DNA of 64,000 bases from Methanocellales archaeon. Its GTDB lineage: Archaea; Halobacteriota; UBA148; JAUWXC01. The translations under genes were made by a program, and so were the position numbers. Numbering within the stretch: position 1 is the first letter of the stretch; each line of letters opens with the position of its first letter. Shown here piece after piece: positions 23,275-33,181 of this stretch. The notes beneath the pieces were generated by a model. The model saw nothing but the letters and a program-made list of their open reading frames with translations. It did not search any database and had not been told where the DNA came from. The DNA lies in the NCBI GenBank assembly GCA_030018435.1, contig JASEEY010000002.1, forward strand, positions 28,544 to 92,543. The letters run 5' to 3'.

Positions 23275-24279
23275 ATGGGTAGCAAATTAGCGCCCCATCT
23301 TCGAGAAATAAAAAGGGCGCTGGATAAGAGCATTGAAGACGAAAAACTAGTGGCGGATTTTAAAAAACTGGTAGAGGATTATAAGGTACCGATCGAAGAG
23401 GCTAAGAGGAGTATAATCAAAAAATATAGCAAAGTTGTCGCGGCAGCTGGGAAGCCACCTGGATCCACTTCTAACGATCGCAGCGTTAAAAACTTGAGCC
23501 AGTTAAAAAGCGGCGATAAAGCTGTGAACGTTGTTTGCAGAGTCCTCGAAGCCAAGCAGATGAGCATAAGAACGAAAGACGGACAAAAAGACATCATTGG
23601 TGGCATAATCGCTGATGAAAGTACCAAGTTGCCTTTTACATCTTGGGTAATATCTCCCGTAATCTCGGAGGGGGACGTTATCAGAATTGAAAACGCATAC
23701 GTCAAGGCGTGGCAGGGAATACCTACCGTCAGCATAGGCGAGCGCACAAACATGGTCAAGGTCGATGATGTACTACCACCCAAAACAGAGCTCAGCGCAT
23801 CAAAACGACTCACCATAGGTGATGCAATCGCCAGGGATGGTGTATTCGATGTGATGGTAGAAGGAGATGTCCTATCCATTCGTCCGGGATCTGGTTTGAT
23901 TGCTAGATGCCCGGAGTGCAAGAGGATGGTTCAAAAAAGACTCTGCAGAGTGCACGGGAAGGTGGATGCACAGCTGGACATGAGGGTCAAGGCGATTTTA
24001 GATGATGGAACCGGCGCGTTGACAATCGTGCTGAATAAAGAGCTAACCGAATGTCTGTATGGTAAATCGATGGAGATGTCGCAGAAACTTGCTGCAGAGG
24101 CAGGGGCCGGTGCGGTGGAAGAAGAGATAAGGAGAAAACTTGTGGGAACGCCACTTGCGGTCAGGGGGAATGTATCAAAAGGGGAATATGGCGTCGCCCT
24201 TGTAGCCAAGGAGGCACGGGTGCCGGAGAGCAAGTTAGAGAATGAGATGGTAAAGTTTCTGAGGGATGTCTGTGACTGA
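23275..24279 (+). CDS. Replication protein A-like OB-fold/zinc-finger ssDNA-binding protein
   Basis: OB fold (ADESTKLPFTSW), SGLIARCPEC...CRVHG, LDDGTG. Confidence 0.88.
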   Translation: MGSKLAPHLREIKRALDKSIEDEKLVADFKKLVEDYKVPIEEAKRSIIKKYSKVVAAAGKPPGSTSNDRSVKNLSQLKSGDKAVNVVCRVLEAKQMSIRTKDGQKDIIGGIIADESTKLPFTSWVISPVISEGDVIRIENAYVKAWQGIPTVSIGERTNMVKVDDVLPPKTELSASKRLTIGDAIARDGVFDVMVEGDVLSIRPGSGLIARCPECKRMVQKRLCRVHGKVDAQLDMRVKAILDDGTGALTIVLNKELTECLYGKSMEMSQKLAAEAGAGAVEEEIRRKLVGTPLAVRGNVSKGEYGVALVAKEARVPESKLENEMVKFLRDVCD

Positions 24280-25210
24280 ACGAGAGTTGGCATGGAGGAT
24301 CTTCGCAGGGGAGTTTAACAGGGCAGACCTTCAGCATAGTGAAGGCGATGATAGAGCGCCCAATTACATCATCACGCCCACTGGCGCAAAATGCAACAGA
24401 CTGTTCGTGGTTGGAGTTGCAACGGAAATTGACAACATCGGTGCAGAGGAGGACCTATGGAGGGTTAGGGTGTCTGATCCAACTGGGGTCTTTACGATTT
24501 ATGCGGGACAGTATCAACCAGAGGCAGCCATATTCTTTTCGGAGCTTCAAATCCCCGCGTTCATAGCAGTCACCGGCAAAGCCAAGATATACGCGCCAGA
24601 GGACAGAACTGTGTATACGTCTATCCGTTCGGAAGATGTCAATATCGTTAATGCCGATGTGAGGGATAGGTGGGTCTTGAATACGGCGGAGCGAACTATG
24701 GAGCGGATAAATGCGATGAAGCTCGCGTTATCCCCTAATATGCATGGAGAAGAGCTGCGTGATTACTTCAGAGGCAAAATAAGTATGGAATTGGCAGATG
24801 GAATCGTCATGGCGCTTGACCATTACCACATTACAGAAACGTATCTCCGCCAGCTGGTTGACATGACCAGAGGTGCGGTGGAGGGTATTTCTAAAGATGT
24901 TAGCAAGAAGCCCGAGTACATCATCGCCAAGCCCACGCTTCCCAAGGTTGTGGGGGAGAAAAAAGAGGGGGAATACATCGTCGCAGGTCTTGGCAGCAAG
25001 GATAAGGCGAAGAAAGCACCAGAGCCAAAAGAGGTCATGTTTAGTTTGCTTGAAAAAATGGACCAAGGAGACGGTATCGGTTACTTGGACCTGATCAACG
25101 CTGCACGTAAACACAATCTTTCTAGTGACACAGCTGAGAGTGCCATTAGAGAACTCATGGATGAAGGGCGTTGTTACGAGCCCAAAATTGGAATTTTGAA
25201 GAAAGTGTAA
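24266..25210 (+). CDS. RPA-associated protein (OB fold plus C-terminal winged helix)
   Basis: RELAWRIFAGEF, TPTGAKCNRLF, DPTG..YAGQYQPEA, GRCYEP. Confidence 0.88.
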   Translation: MSVTERELAWRIFAGEFNRADLQHSEGDDRAPNYIITPTGAKCNRLFVVGVATEIDNIGAEEDLWRVRVSDPTGVFTIYAGQYQPEAAIFFSELQIPAFIAVTGKAKIYAPEDRTVYTSIRSEDVNIVNADVRDRWVLNTAERTMERINAMKLALSPNMHGEELRDYFRGKISMELADGIVMALDHYHITETYLRQLVDMTRGAVEGISKDVSKKPEYIIAKPTLPKVVGEKKEGEYIVAGLGSKDKAKKAPEPKEVMFSLLEKMDQGDGIGYLDLINAARKHNLSSDTAESAIRELMDEGRCYEPKIGILKKV

Positions 25211-25212
25211 CG

Positions 25213-25980
25213 ATGATTAGATCCATTCTAGATGCGCCAGTATTGGTTGCCGAACGTCGCAAGCGAATTTTAGTTGCAGCAGACCTTCATCTGGGAATCG
25301 AACATGAGTTGCGTAGGAGTGGGGTTACCATTCCAAGCCAGACCGAGAAATTGTTCAATCGACTGCTCGACCACATGGGACAAACTGATCCAGATAGGTT
25401 GCTCTTACTTGGAGATATAAGGCATAACATTCCATGGATTTCACACCAGGAGGCAGGGGAAATTCCAAAATTTCTGGGCAAGCTGGCAAGACATGTACCA
25501 ATCGACATCGTTCCTGGAAATCATGACGGAGGGATGCACTCGTTAATACCAAGTGATGCAGACATTACGTTCCATCCATCAAAAGGCATTGTCATGGATG
25601 GCGTTGGATACTTCCATGGACATACCTGGCCCTCTGCGGATGTGCTCTCCGTAGAACGTGTACTGGTGGCGCATAATCATCCCATGGTGCGTTTTGTCGA
25701 TTCATTGGGGCATGTGAGCATTGAGCCAGCCTGGATCCTGGCAACTCTCGATGCCGATGTTCTGCTGAAGCGCTACAAATCCATAAAAACCAAAGAGGTA
25801 ATGGTGATGCCTGCGTTTAATGAGCTGTGCGGTGGAACATCGTTCAACACTTCGACACCAAAGACGTTGCTCGGTCCCATTTTCACCTCTGGAGCAATTG
25901 GATTGGAGGAAGCAGAGGTTTACCTGCTTGACGGGACACATATCGGGAAAATCAAAGACTTGAGAAGGTTGGGTGAGTAG
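25213..25980 (+). CDS. Calcineurin-like metallophosphoesterase (Lhr-associated)
   Basis: ADLHLG, GDIRH, PGNHD, HGH, AHNHP, MPAFN. Confidence 0.9.
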   Translation: MIRSILDAPVLVAERRKRILVAADLHLGIEHELRRSGVTIPSQTEKLFNRLLDHMGQTDPDRLLLLGDIRHNIPWISHQEAGEIPKFLGKLARHVPIDIVPGNHDGGMHSLIPSDADITFHPSKGIVMDGVGYFHGHTWPSADVLSVERVLVAHNHPMVRFVDSLGHVSIEPAWILATLDADVLLKRYKSIKTKEVMVMPAFNELCGGTSFNTSTPKTLLGPIFTSGAIGLEEAEVYLLDGTHIGKIKDLRRLGE

Positions 25981-28776
25981 ATGGGTGCATTTGACCTCCT
26001 AGATCCCAGGATTCAAGAGGCGCTTAGGGAAAGGAATTTTTTAGCGCCTACGAAACCACAGGAGTTAGCTATTCCTCCAATATCAGAGGGCGAAAACGTA
26101 CTGCTCATAGCGCCCACTGGCGCAGGCAAAACCGAGGCGGCTGTTTTGCCCATCTTTCATCGGTTGTTGGATAAGAGGAAGAAGGGCATCTCTGCACTCT
26201 ACATCACGCCGCTCAGAGCGCTGAACAGGGACATGCTCCGGAGAATGGAGTGGTGGAGCGCCAAGTTGGGCATCGGCATCTCCGTCAGGCATGGCGATAC
26301 TTCTGCACAGGAGCGCAGGAGACAGGTTTTGCATCCACCAGATATATTGATCACGACGCCCGAGACGTTGCAGGCGATGTTCACGGGCAGGAGACTAAGG
26401 GAAATACTAGCAGGCGTGTCATACGTCATCGTCGATGAGGTTCACGAGTTAGCAGGATCCAAAAGGGGTGCACAGCTTGCTATCGGTCTGGAGAGATTGG
26501 TCGAGATTGCAGGAGAGTTTCAGCGTGTGGGATTGTCTGCAACGGTGGGAAGGCCAGAAGAGGTGGCAAAATTCCTAGTCGGGACGAATAGAAGTGCGGA
26601 AGTCATTGAGGTCTCGATTGCCAAGTCGCTGAACTTCGAGGTGATCAGTCCTGAACCGATGCGTCAGGATTTCAAGGATGCAAAAAAATTAGTAACGTCG
26701 CCTGAGATGGCGGCGCATCTGCGATATATTAGCTCCATAGTTCAGCAGAAGAAATCCACGCTTATCTTCGTCAACACCAGGCAGTCTGCAGAGGCGCTTG
26801 GCTCGCGATTTCATCTGCTTGGAGCTGACATTGGCGTGCACCACAGCTCCCTCTCAAAGGAGACGAGAATAGATGCAGAGGATGCGTTTAAGAGGGGCGA
26901 CATCAAAGCGTTGATTTGTACATCTTCAATGGAGCTGGGCATCGACATCGGCGACATCGAGCACATTGTTCAGTATGCATCACCTAGGCAGGTAACTCGC
27001 TTGCTCCAGCGAGTAGGGCGCTCAGGACATAAGTTAGATGAGATATCTAGGGGGACGATAGTCGCAACCCATCCGGACGACATCGCCGAATCATGGGCTA
27101 TCACGCGCAGGGCATACGCTGGAGAAATTGAGCCAATTGAGCTTCATGCCGCCGGCGATGCGCTCGCGAATCAAATTTGTGGAATTGCGTTAGACCTTGG
27201 AAAGATGGACATTGATAGCCTTCACAAAATCATTTGCAGAGCCTACCCATTCCGGGATATAACGCGTGCTCAGTTGCTTAAAACAATTCAACAATTAAGC
27301 GAGCAGCGATTGCTCTGGTTAGAGGGAAACAACATAGGACGCAAAAGAAGAACTTGGCAGTATTTCTACGAGAATCTCTCCATGATTCCAGACGAGAAGC
27401 GATACGAAATATACGATGTAATTCGTCGTCGTCCCGTGGGCAGTCTGGATGAAGCATTTGTGGTTAACTTTGCATCTCCCGGAAAAACGTTCATCACCAA
27501 AGGTGACATGTGGCGCATACTGGAGTTGTCAGAGGGCGAGATAAAGGTGGAGCCAGTTGAGACGCCAAGCGGAGAGATACCTTCCTGGGCGGGTGAGGAG
27601 ATTCCCGTGCCATATGAGGTGGCACAGGAGGTCGGACACATCAGAGCAAAAATTGCCAACATGTTGAATAGGTCGGATGAGGCGATAGTTAGGGAACTAA
27701 GAAAGACCTACCCAACTGATGCATTCGGCGTTAAAAAAGTGATAGAATTGGTCCGGGCACAAGATCAGGGTGGGTTCCCGCTTCCAACGGATGAGCGCAT
27801 CACCATCGAGGGTGATGATACATCGGTCATCATCAATGCGTGCTTTGGGCACAAGGTGAACGAGACGTTAGGAAGGGTCATTGCGTCATTGCTAACTGCG
27901 CGCTTTGGCAGCAGCGTGGCGATGCAAGTTGACCCATACAGGATCAAACTGAAACTACCCAAGCAACTGTCATTGGCAGAGATACGCAATCTTATCTCAA
28001 ACATCAAACCCGAATACATAGGGCCTATCATCGAGATGACGCTCAAAAATACCTCGCTGTTAAAGTGGAAGATCGTTCACGTTGCAAGGAAGTTCGGCGC
28101 TCTGAATCATGATATTGATTACTCGCACATCAGTATGGACAAATTGCTCGGCATTTTTTATGGCACGCCCATGTACGAAGAGACCGTGCGAGAGATATTC
28201 CACGATAAATTAGATGTTCGCAGGGCAGAGGAAGTACTAAAAAGGGTGCGCAGCGGTGAGGTAGAACTTGCCTCATCCAATCTCAGTCCAATCGGACTTG
28301 CATGCGTACCATCTGGCGTGGAGTTAATCGCTCCTGAGAGGGCTGACGAATCGATCTTGCTCGCGCTCAAGGAACGCATCTTTAACGATAGAGTTATACT
28401 TTTCTGTGTCAACTGCAAGAAATGGAAATGTCTCAAAAAGGTGGCTCATGTTTCACAAACGCCACACTGTCCTCTCTGTGAGTCCAGAATGATAGCTGCG
28501 CTCAAGCCTTGGGAAGGAGAGGAGATTAAACTTACTCAGAGAGTCAACAAACTAAAATCAAAAGATGACAAGGCGAGGGTGCGCAGGGTGTTCAGAAATG
28601 CAAACCTCGTTCTCTCGCATGGAAAAGCTGCAGTCATCGCGTTGGCAGGTCGAGGGCTTGGTCCAGAAATGGCTTCGCGGGTGATTCAAAGGCAAAGAGA
28701 GGATGAGGCATCGTTTTACAAAGATATACTAAAAGCCGAGCGGGCATATATGAGAACGAGGCGCTTCTGGGATTGA
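25981..28776 (+). CDS. lhr: Lhr-family DEAD/DEAH helicase
   Basis: APTGAGKT, DEVHE, SAT, QRVGRSGH, C-terminal Zn finger. Confidence 0.93.
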   Translation: MGAFDLLDPRIQEALRERNFLAPTKPQELAIPPISEGENVLLIAPTGAGKTEAAVLPIFHRLLDKRKKGISALYITPLRALNRDMLRRMEWWSAKLGIGISVRHGDTSAQERRRQVLHPPDILITTPETLQAMFTGRRLREILAGVSYVIVDEVHELAGSKRGAQLAIGLERLVEIAGEFQRVGLSATVGRPEEVAKFLVGTNRSAEVIEVSIAKSLNFEVISPEPMRQDFKDAKKLVTSPEMAAHLRYISSIVQQKKSTLIFVNTRQSAEALGSRFHLLGADIGVHHSSLSKETRIDAEDAFKRGDIKALICTSSMELGIDIGDIEHIVQYASPRQVTRLLQRVGRSGHKLDEISRGTIVATHPDDIAESWAITRRAYAGEIEPIELHAAGDALANQICGIALDLGKMDIDSLHKIICRAYPFRDITRAQLLKTIQQLSEQRLLWLEGNNIGRKRRTWQYFYENLSMIPDEKRYEIYDVIRRRPVGSLDEAFVVNFASPGKTFITKGDMWRILELSEGEIKVEPVETPSGEIPSWAGEEIPVPYEVAQEVGHIRAKIANMLNRSDEAIVRELRKTYPTDAFGVKKVIELVRAQDQGGFPLPTDERITIEGDDTSVIINACFGHKVNETLGRVIASLLTARFGSSVAMQVDPYRIKLKLPKQLSLAEIRNLISNIKPEYIGPIIEMTLKNTSLLKWKIVHVARKFGALNHDIDYSHISMDKLLGIFYGTPMYEETVREIFHDKLDVRRAEEVLKRVRSGEVELASSNLSPIGLACVPSGVELIAPERADESILLALKERIFNDRVILFCVNCKKWKCLKKVAHVSQTPHCPLCESRMIAALKPWEGEEIKLTQRVNKLKSKDDKARVRRVFRNANLVLSHGKAAVIALAGRGLGPEMASRVIQRQREDEASFYKDILKAERAYMRTRRFWD

Positions 28777-28815
28777 TGTGAACTTCATTGATCGGTGATG
28801 TGCGCCACACCACGC

Positions 28816-28844
28816 TTACACTTTGTTTAAACTACGCGTAATCT
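28816..28844 (-). repeat. Single copy of the dispersed repeat, providing the C-terminus and stop of the RAD55-like gene
   Basis: ttacactttgtttaaactacgcgtaatct versus ttacacttcgtttaagctgcgcgtaatct (collapsed 43238-43312 array): 26/29 identical. Confidence 0.65.
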
Positions 28845-29529
28845 GCGTCATGCTTTCCGTTCTATCGACGTCGTACCCAACCCATCTGGTTGCTTTCGCC
28901 TCTAATCCCATTGCCCGAATGGAAAACTTGTCATTTTCCTCTTTGATTTCAATCGCACCATCGAACAATTTTTTGAGCGTTGCAACCGTCTTATCGTCAT
29001 GCATGCCAGCCTCGAGCACATAAACGCCAAGAGCTTCTGCGGCTTTAATCCTGCCGGTGAAAACGTGTAAAAACCTGAAGACGGTTTGCAAATTGGAATA
29101 CATCAGCATCGTCGACAGTGAGTTAACGATCAGTCTCGTTTTTCGAATTCTATCTGCTTGAAATTGCTCCAACAATTGACTTATTTTGACCCCAATCCCA
29201 GTTATGTCCAATGGGCTGGGGGCCATCTTTATGTTGGGTGTATCCGAGACTCTTATGCCCAGAGATGTCGAGACACAGTCCACAATTCCAAGTCGCTCTC
29301 TGTTTATCTCCAACTCATGTTGTTTAAACCATTTCAATACGCCGCTACCCGTCTCTTCCGTTGTCACGAGAATGACGCTCTCTCCTCTCGTTAAGCCCGC
29401 ATACAAAATGTTGTAAATCAGGGCATCTTTCCTACACATCGCCGGTCCGATCAGCATTATGTTTGATCCGCCCTGGGCCTCACCTAGGACTTTATCCAGT
29501 TCCGCTATTCCAAGCTTGTATTCAGACAT
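28816..29529 (-). CDS. RAD55/KaiC-like RecA-fold protein with degenerate Walker motifs
   Basis: GPAMCRKD in place of Walker A; SLSTMLMY..VFRFLHVFTGR; LFDGAIE. Confidence 0.8.
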   Translation of the reverse strand: MSEYKLGIAELDKVLGEAQGGSNIMLIGPAMCRKDALIYNILYAGLTRGESVILVTTEETGSGVLKWFKQHELEINRERLGIVDCVSTSLGIRVSDTPNIKMAPSPLDITGIGVKISQLLEQFQADRIRKTRLIVNSLSTMLMYSNLQTVFRFLHVFTGRIKAAEALGVYVLEAGMHDDKTVATLKKLFDGAIEIKEENDKFSIRAMGLEAKATRWVGYDVDRTESMTQITRSLNKV

Positions 29530-29750
29530 GTAACTCGTTTTTAGTGTTTTTTAGAATGATTTAGGGTGGTGTTTGTTTTATATATAATTTTCCGTACATT
29601 TCTGTACAGGCGCACAGGTTCATTACTGGGGCCGCAGAATTTACTTTTCGATTTGCTGCAGTCACGAATGTAGGTTATAAAAATGTGTTCAATATTTAAA
29701 ATACTTAAAGATTCTGATTTTGCTTTTCACTATAACAATGGCGGTCGAAA

Positions 29751-30683
29751 TCACTTCATCATCTCAGACCTGAGTTCGCCCATCGTAGCTATGCGCTCCG
29801 CAAATACATCGTGCTGATGAATGCTCTCCTCGTTGACTTGCTTGATCGTCACGATTGAATCATCTGGTATGTCCGGAAACGTTTGCACGATCATTTGTGC
29901 CATCAGCCTGACGCAATCCTCTGCAAATTTGGGATTTTTGTGCGCCATCTCTGTGACAAAGACCTCATCAGGGCGTTTCAATAATTCATAAATCTGTGAG
30001 CTCATCGAGTTCTTTATCATATCGATCAGTTTTTCCATCCTGACATCATGCTCATCATGCACCTCGATGGAGATCGATCCTTTTCCTCTTTGGTTATGCG
30101 TAGCCATTGGAATTTTATCGAGAAATGTATTGATTGTTTTTTCTGGCACGTTTAACTTTTGCAATTCGCTTTTAGCCTTCTCGCGCATGATTTCCTGCAC
30201 ACAAGGGCAGGCGGTCATGCCAACCACTTCTACGCCGACGGTCTTTCTGATATCCTCCTCTGCCCTGGTGGCAACCGCGCCAGCGAAGATGTTCACAACT
30301 TCTTGGCATTTAGTTTTCGTCTTGGGCGTTTGATGCTTGACGATGTATTCGCTTCTCATCCTTACCTCTGCTTTAGAAGCATATTCGTGCCGATTAAGCA
30401 GGCGGCGCGCCACCTCGCTGCAAAGTTCTTCGATTTCATAAACGGGTGCAGCTATCGCTTCTTCCAGCACCTCATCGATCGCCTCAAAATTGCGTGACAG
30501 GTTGGCGCCTTTCCTATCGGAAGGCAGGTCCACAAATACGTCAAATGTGGAAATTAAGATGACAGGTCTCTTCCCTTCTCTGGCGACCTCTACGAGTTTC
30601 TTCACGTTGGTGACGCCCACTCTTGTCAGATCAATCTGAACATCTGGGTATCTTGCCTGTGCATCTGGTAAACGCATGCTCAA
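29751..30683 (-). CDS. mptA: GTP cyclohydrolase MptA (IV)
   Basis: [39 protein letters not shown]. Confidence 0.93.
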   Translation of the reverse strand: MSMRLPDAQARYPDVQIDLTRVGVTNVKKLVEVAREGKRPVILISTFDVFVDLPSDRKGANLSRNFEAIDEVLEEAIAAPVYEIEELCSEVARRLLNRHEYASKAEVRMRSEYIVKHQTPKTKTKCQEVVNIFAGAVATRAEEDIRKTVGVEVVGMTACPCVQEIMREKAKSELQKLNVPEKTINTFLDKIPMATHNQRGKGSISIEVHDEHDVRMEKLIDMIKNSMSSQIYELLKRPDEVFVTEMAHKNPKFAEDCVRLMAQMIVQTFPDIPDDSIVTIKQVNEESIHQHDVFAERIATMGELRSEMMK

Positions 30684-31336
30684 TGCCTCAACATTGGATA
30701 TGGTTTTAAAACGCTGCCTGCAACCAAACTCAATTTCCTGCCAATCCGCGCAAAGCTGTTCATCGCCATCACCAATCCGCCGGCTCTTCCTGCCGCTATC
30801 TTCTCATCCTTATCTATTTTTTCCATTAGTTCTTTCTGGAGATTAAGCACATCATCATATTGCTTCACGACTTTCTTGGCCCTTTTTCTATCCTCTTTCT
30901 CCAGGGCATCAAGTGCATTGTCAAACATATCCGCAATGATTTGGTTGGCCTTTTCCAATATCTCTGAGTATTTCTCACCTTTTTCATATCTTATTCTGCC
31001 GCCAATGCGCATCTTGGCCAACACGCAAACATAGTCCGCCATCGATTCCAATAACGATGCCAGATCTATCATGGAAAAAGCGATCGTGACATCTACGGGA
31101 ACCATCGATGTCGCGACATATTTTAATGAATTCTCTCTAATTTTCACTTCCTTGGCGTTGACTTCATCATCCCTCTTCAAAACTCTCTGCACCAACTCCT
31201 TGTCTCTGGTCAGTATCGCTATCCATACGTCCTTGTACATCTCCCTGGAGATTTTGTACATATCCCTGATGTCGCTTGACAGCTCCTGGAGCTCAATGTT
31301 CCCCTTTACGATCTCCCTTATCAATTTAAAGACCAT
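30680..31336 (-). CDS. PhoU-domain protein
   Basis: Duplicated helical PhoU repeats (RDDEVN, LESMADY); next to a phosphate transporter. Confidence 0.8.
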   Translation of the reverse strand: MVFKLIREIVKGNIELQELSSDIRDMYKISREMYKDVWIAILTRDKELVQRVLKRDDEVNAKEVKIRENSLKYVATSMVPVDVTIAFSMIDLASLLESMADYVCVLAKMRIGGRIRYEKGEKYSEILEKANQIIADMFDNALDALEKEDRKRAKKVVKQYDDVLNLQKELMEKIDKDEKIAAGRAGGLVMAMNSFARIGRKLSLVAGSVLKPYPMLRH

Positions 31337-31345
31337 TCGTCCACC

Positions 31346-32407
31346 TCAACATAGCAACGTTATCATCATAGCAGGTATTATGAAGAACGCTATGATTATA
31401 TAGATTATTGCATAGCTCCCATGCGCTTGCACGGCATCAGCCAGTCGTTCGGCAATTCCTATTGGCACCTTTTTTAATGGATACCATATACATGTTCCGA
31501 TTACGTTGAAGAATAGGTGTGCAAGGGCAGCTGCTATGGCTATCGTATTCCCTGTCGCTAGGGCTGCTATTAGAGCAGTCACCGTCGTGCCGATGTTCGC
31601 TCCCAGTGCGTATGGAAATACCATTGCTGTAGTTGCTAAACCAGCTCCAGCGAGCGGAACTGCCAACGAGAGTACGATGCTACTGCTTTGAACGATCGAT
31701 GTGAATACCATGCCCGTTGCAAAACTCTTTTTTGAGTTGCCAAATGTCGTGTCTATCGCCCTTCTCAATCTACCAGTCATTATGACCTTCATGGAATCTG
31801 TCATGAGTTTCAACCCGACGAATAATAAAATAATGAATGCAATCATCAAGACGATGGGAGGGATATGTCGCGCGAAAACGTCTACGATGGGTCCGGTTAC
31901 AATCTTCACAGGACTTGGAAATTTGACTGCCTCTTTTCCGACCAATGACGTGGCAAGGCTACTTGATACTATGCCCAGAAAATTCGTATAATACTGAAGA
32001 GGGAAAATTATCAGAACAGCCAGAATGTTAAAGACATCATCTACCGTACTGGCTGCAAAGGCCCTCTTGAACTCTGCCTTCCGTGTGATGTGTCCCAAGG
32101 AGACCAATGTATTTGTCACGGTCGTGCCCATGTTTGCACCCATTATAATTGGTATTGCCGTTCCTAGGTCCAGAGTACCGCTGGCTACCAGGGCTACGAC
32201 CATGGAAGTCGTTGCGCTGCTGCTTTGAATCAGGGACGTTGCCAGCATGCCAGCAAATAACCCTGCTATGGGATTGGGCACACTTCCGAGCACGAGGTCT
32301 GCAAAGGGTTTTCCCATAGCCTTTGCTGCATCACCCATCCCGACGATTGATATAAGAAAGATATATAAACCCACGATGAAAATTATTGCCTTTTTTCTAT
32401 CCTCTAT
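31346..32407 (-). CDS. Na+/Pi cotransporter (NptA family); probable ATA start
   Basis: Two QSSS motifs and GANMGTT/GANIGTT; GGGAGGT SD 6 nt before an in-frame ATA at 32407. Confidence 0.88.
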   Translation of the reverse strand: MEDRKKAIIFIVGLYIFLISIVGMGDAAKAMGKPFADLVLGSVPNPIAGLFAGMLATSLIQSSSATTSMVVALVASGTLDLGTAIPIIMGANMGTTVTNTLVSLGHITRKAEFKRAFAASTVDDVFNILAVLIIFPLQYYTNFLGIVSSSLATSLVGKEAVKFPSPVKIVTGPIVDVFARHIPPIVLMIAFIILLFVGLKLMTDSMKVIMTGRLRRAIDTTFGNSKKSFATGMVFTSIVQSSSIVLSLAVPLAGAGLATTAMVFPYALGANIGTTVTALIAALATGNTIAIAAALAHLFFNVIGTCIWYPLKKVPIGIAERLADAVQAHGSYAIIYIIIAFFIIPAMMITLLC

Positions 32408-32453
32408 ACTACTACCTCCCGATGAACCTACGAATCAATTCCATATAAAAATC

Positions 32454-33005
32454 TCATTTCCTTTTCTTCCTCTCCTCTTTAATCAGCTGATACACATGTC
32501 CTTTGAAGTTTGTCCCAATCAACTCTGTAAGGGTATCTGTAACACTGGATGCAAATGAGACCATATCCGCATCGGTGATGATGCCGAGCAATTTGCCATC
32601 CTCGACGACGGGTAATCTTCGTATGTCCTTCTCCAGCATTTTTTGCGCCGCACTTGATATACTCTCATCGGGTTTGATGGTAACAAGTGGTTGAGACATC
32701 ACGTCCTTTAACATCACTGAGTCAGGTGCTATGCCCTTGGACATGACCTTTTGTATCATATCTCGTTCAGTCACGATGCCGATGGGTTTGTCATCCTCGG
32801 TTATTACCAGGCTGCCTATCTTGCGCTCCGCCATCTTTCGCGCCCCTTCTGATGCCTTCATGTTACCATCAGCTGTGATGACATTTGTGGTCATGATCTC
32901 CCGCACAGGCATCTTCATTGCCATTCTGTTTAGGCACTTATCGCAGTAAATCTGCTCGGACTCAATTGGTATGGGTGCTCCACAAAATGCACAAATTCTT
33001 CCCAT
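32454..33005 (-). CDS. CBS-domain protein with an N-terminal zinc ribbon
   Basis: CAFCG...CDKC, then tandem CBS (IGIVTERD, LGIITDAD). Confidence 0.88.
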   Translation of the reverse strand: MGRICAFCGAPIPIESEQIYCDKCLNRMAMKMPVREIMTTNVITADGNMKASEGARKMAERKIGSLVITEDDKPIGIVTERDMIQKVMSKGIAPDSVMLKDVMSQPLVTIKPDESISSAAQKMLEKDIRRLPVVEDGKLLGIITDADMVSFASSVTDTLTELIGTNFKGHVYQLIKEERKKRK

Positions 33006-33077
33006 ATCTTCACCTTTCTTTCATTAAATTATTGTCTTGTTTTGTGTTATATACTTGATGTTATTTGCGGCTTTAGA

Positions 33078-33094
33078 AGAAAGTGTTTTATAAT
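33078..33094 (+). promoter_or_regulatory. BRE/TATA promoter for the leuA leader
   Basis: A-rich BRE-like stretch followed by TTTATAAT about 27 nt before ATG 33121. Confidence 0.6.
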
Positions 33095-33120
33095 CTGATG
33101 CACAATTAACAACTGGTATT

Positions 33121-33165
33121 ATGATGAAAGAAAGTAAAGCGAGGGATCGCCTTTTACTACATTGA
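33121..33165 (+). CDS. Putative leucine-rich leader peptide (uORF) [14 protein letters not shown]
   Basis: ATG at the predicted TSS; tandem CTT TTA CTA codons; stop 16 nt before leuA. Confidence 0.6.
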   Translation: MMKESKARDRLLLH

Positions 33166-33181
33166 GTCGATTTGCAAGGGC

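Noticed and set aside
4146-28776. Inteins in RtcB, RNAP subunits, EF-2 or Lhr (common insertion hosts)
   Set aside because: Protein lengths and motifs are continuous, with no C...HN intein boundaries or LAGLIDADG inserts seen.
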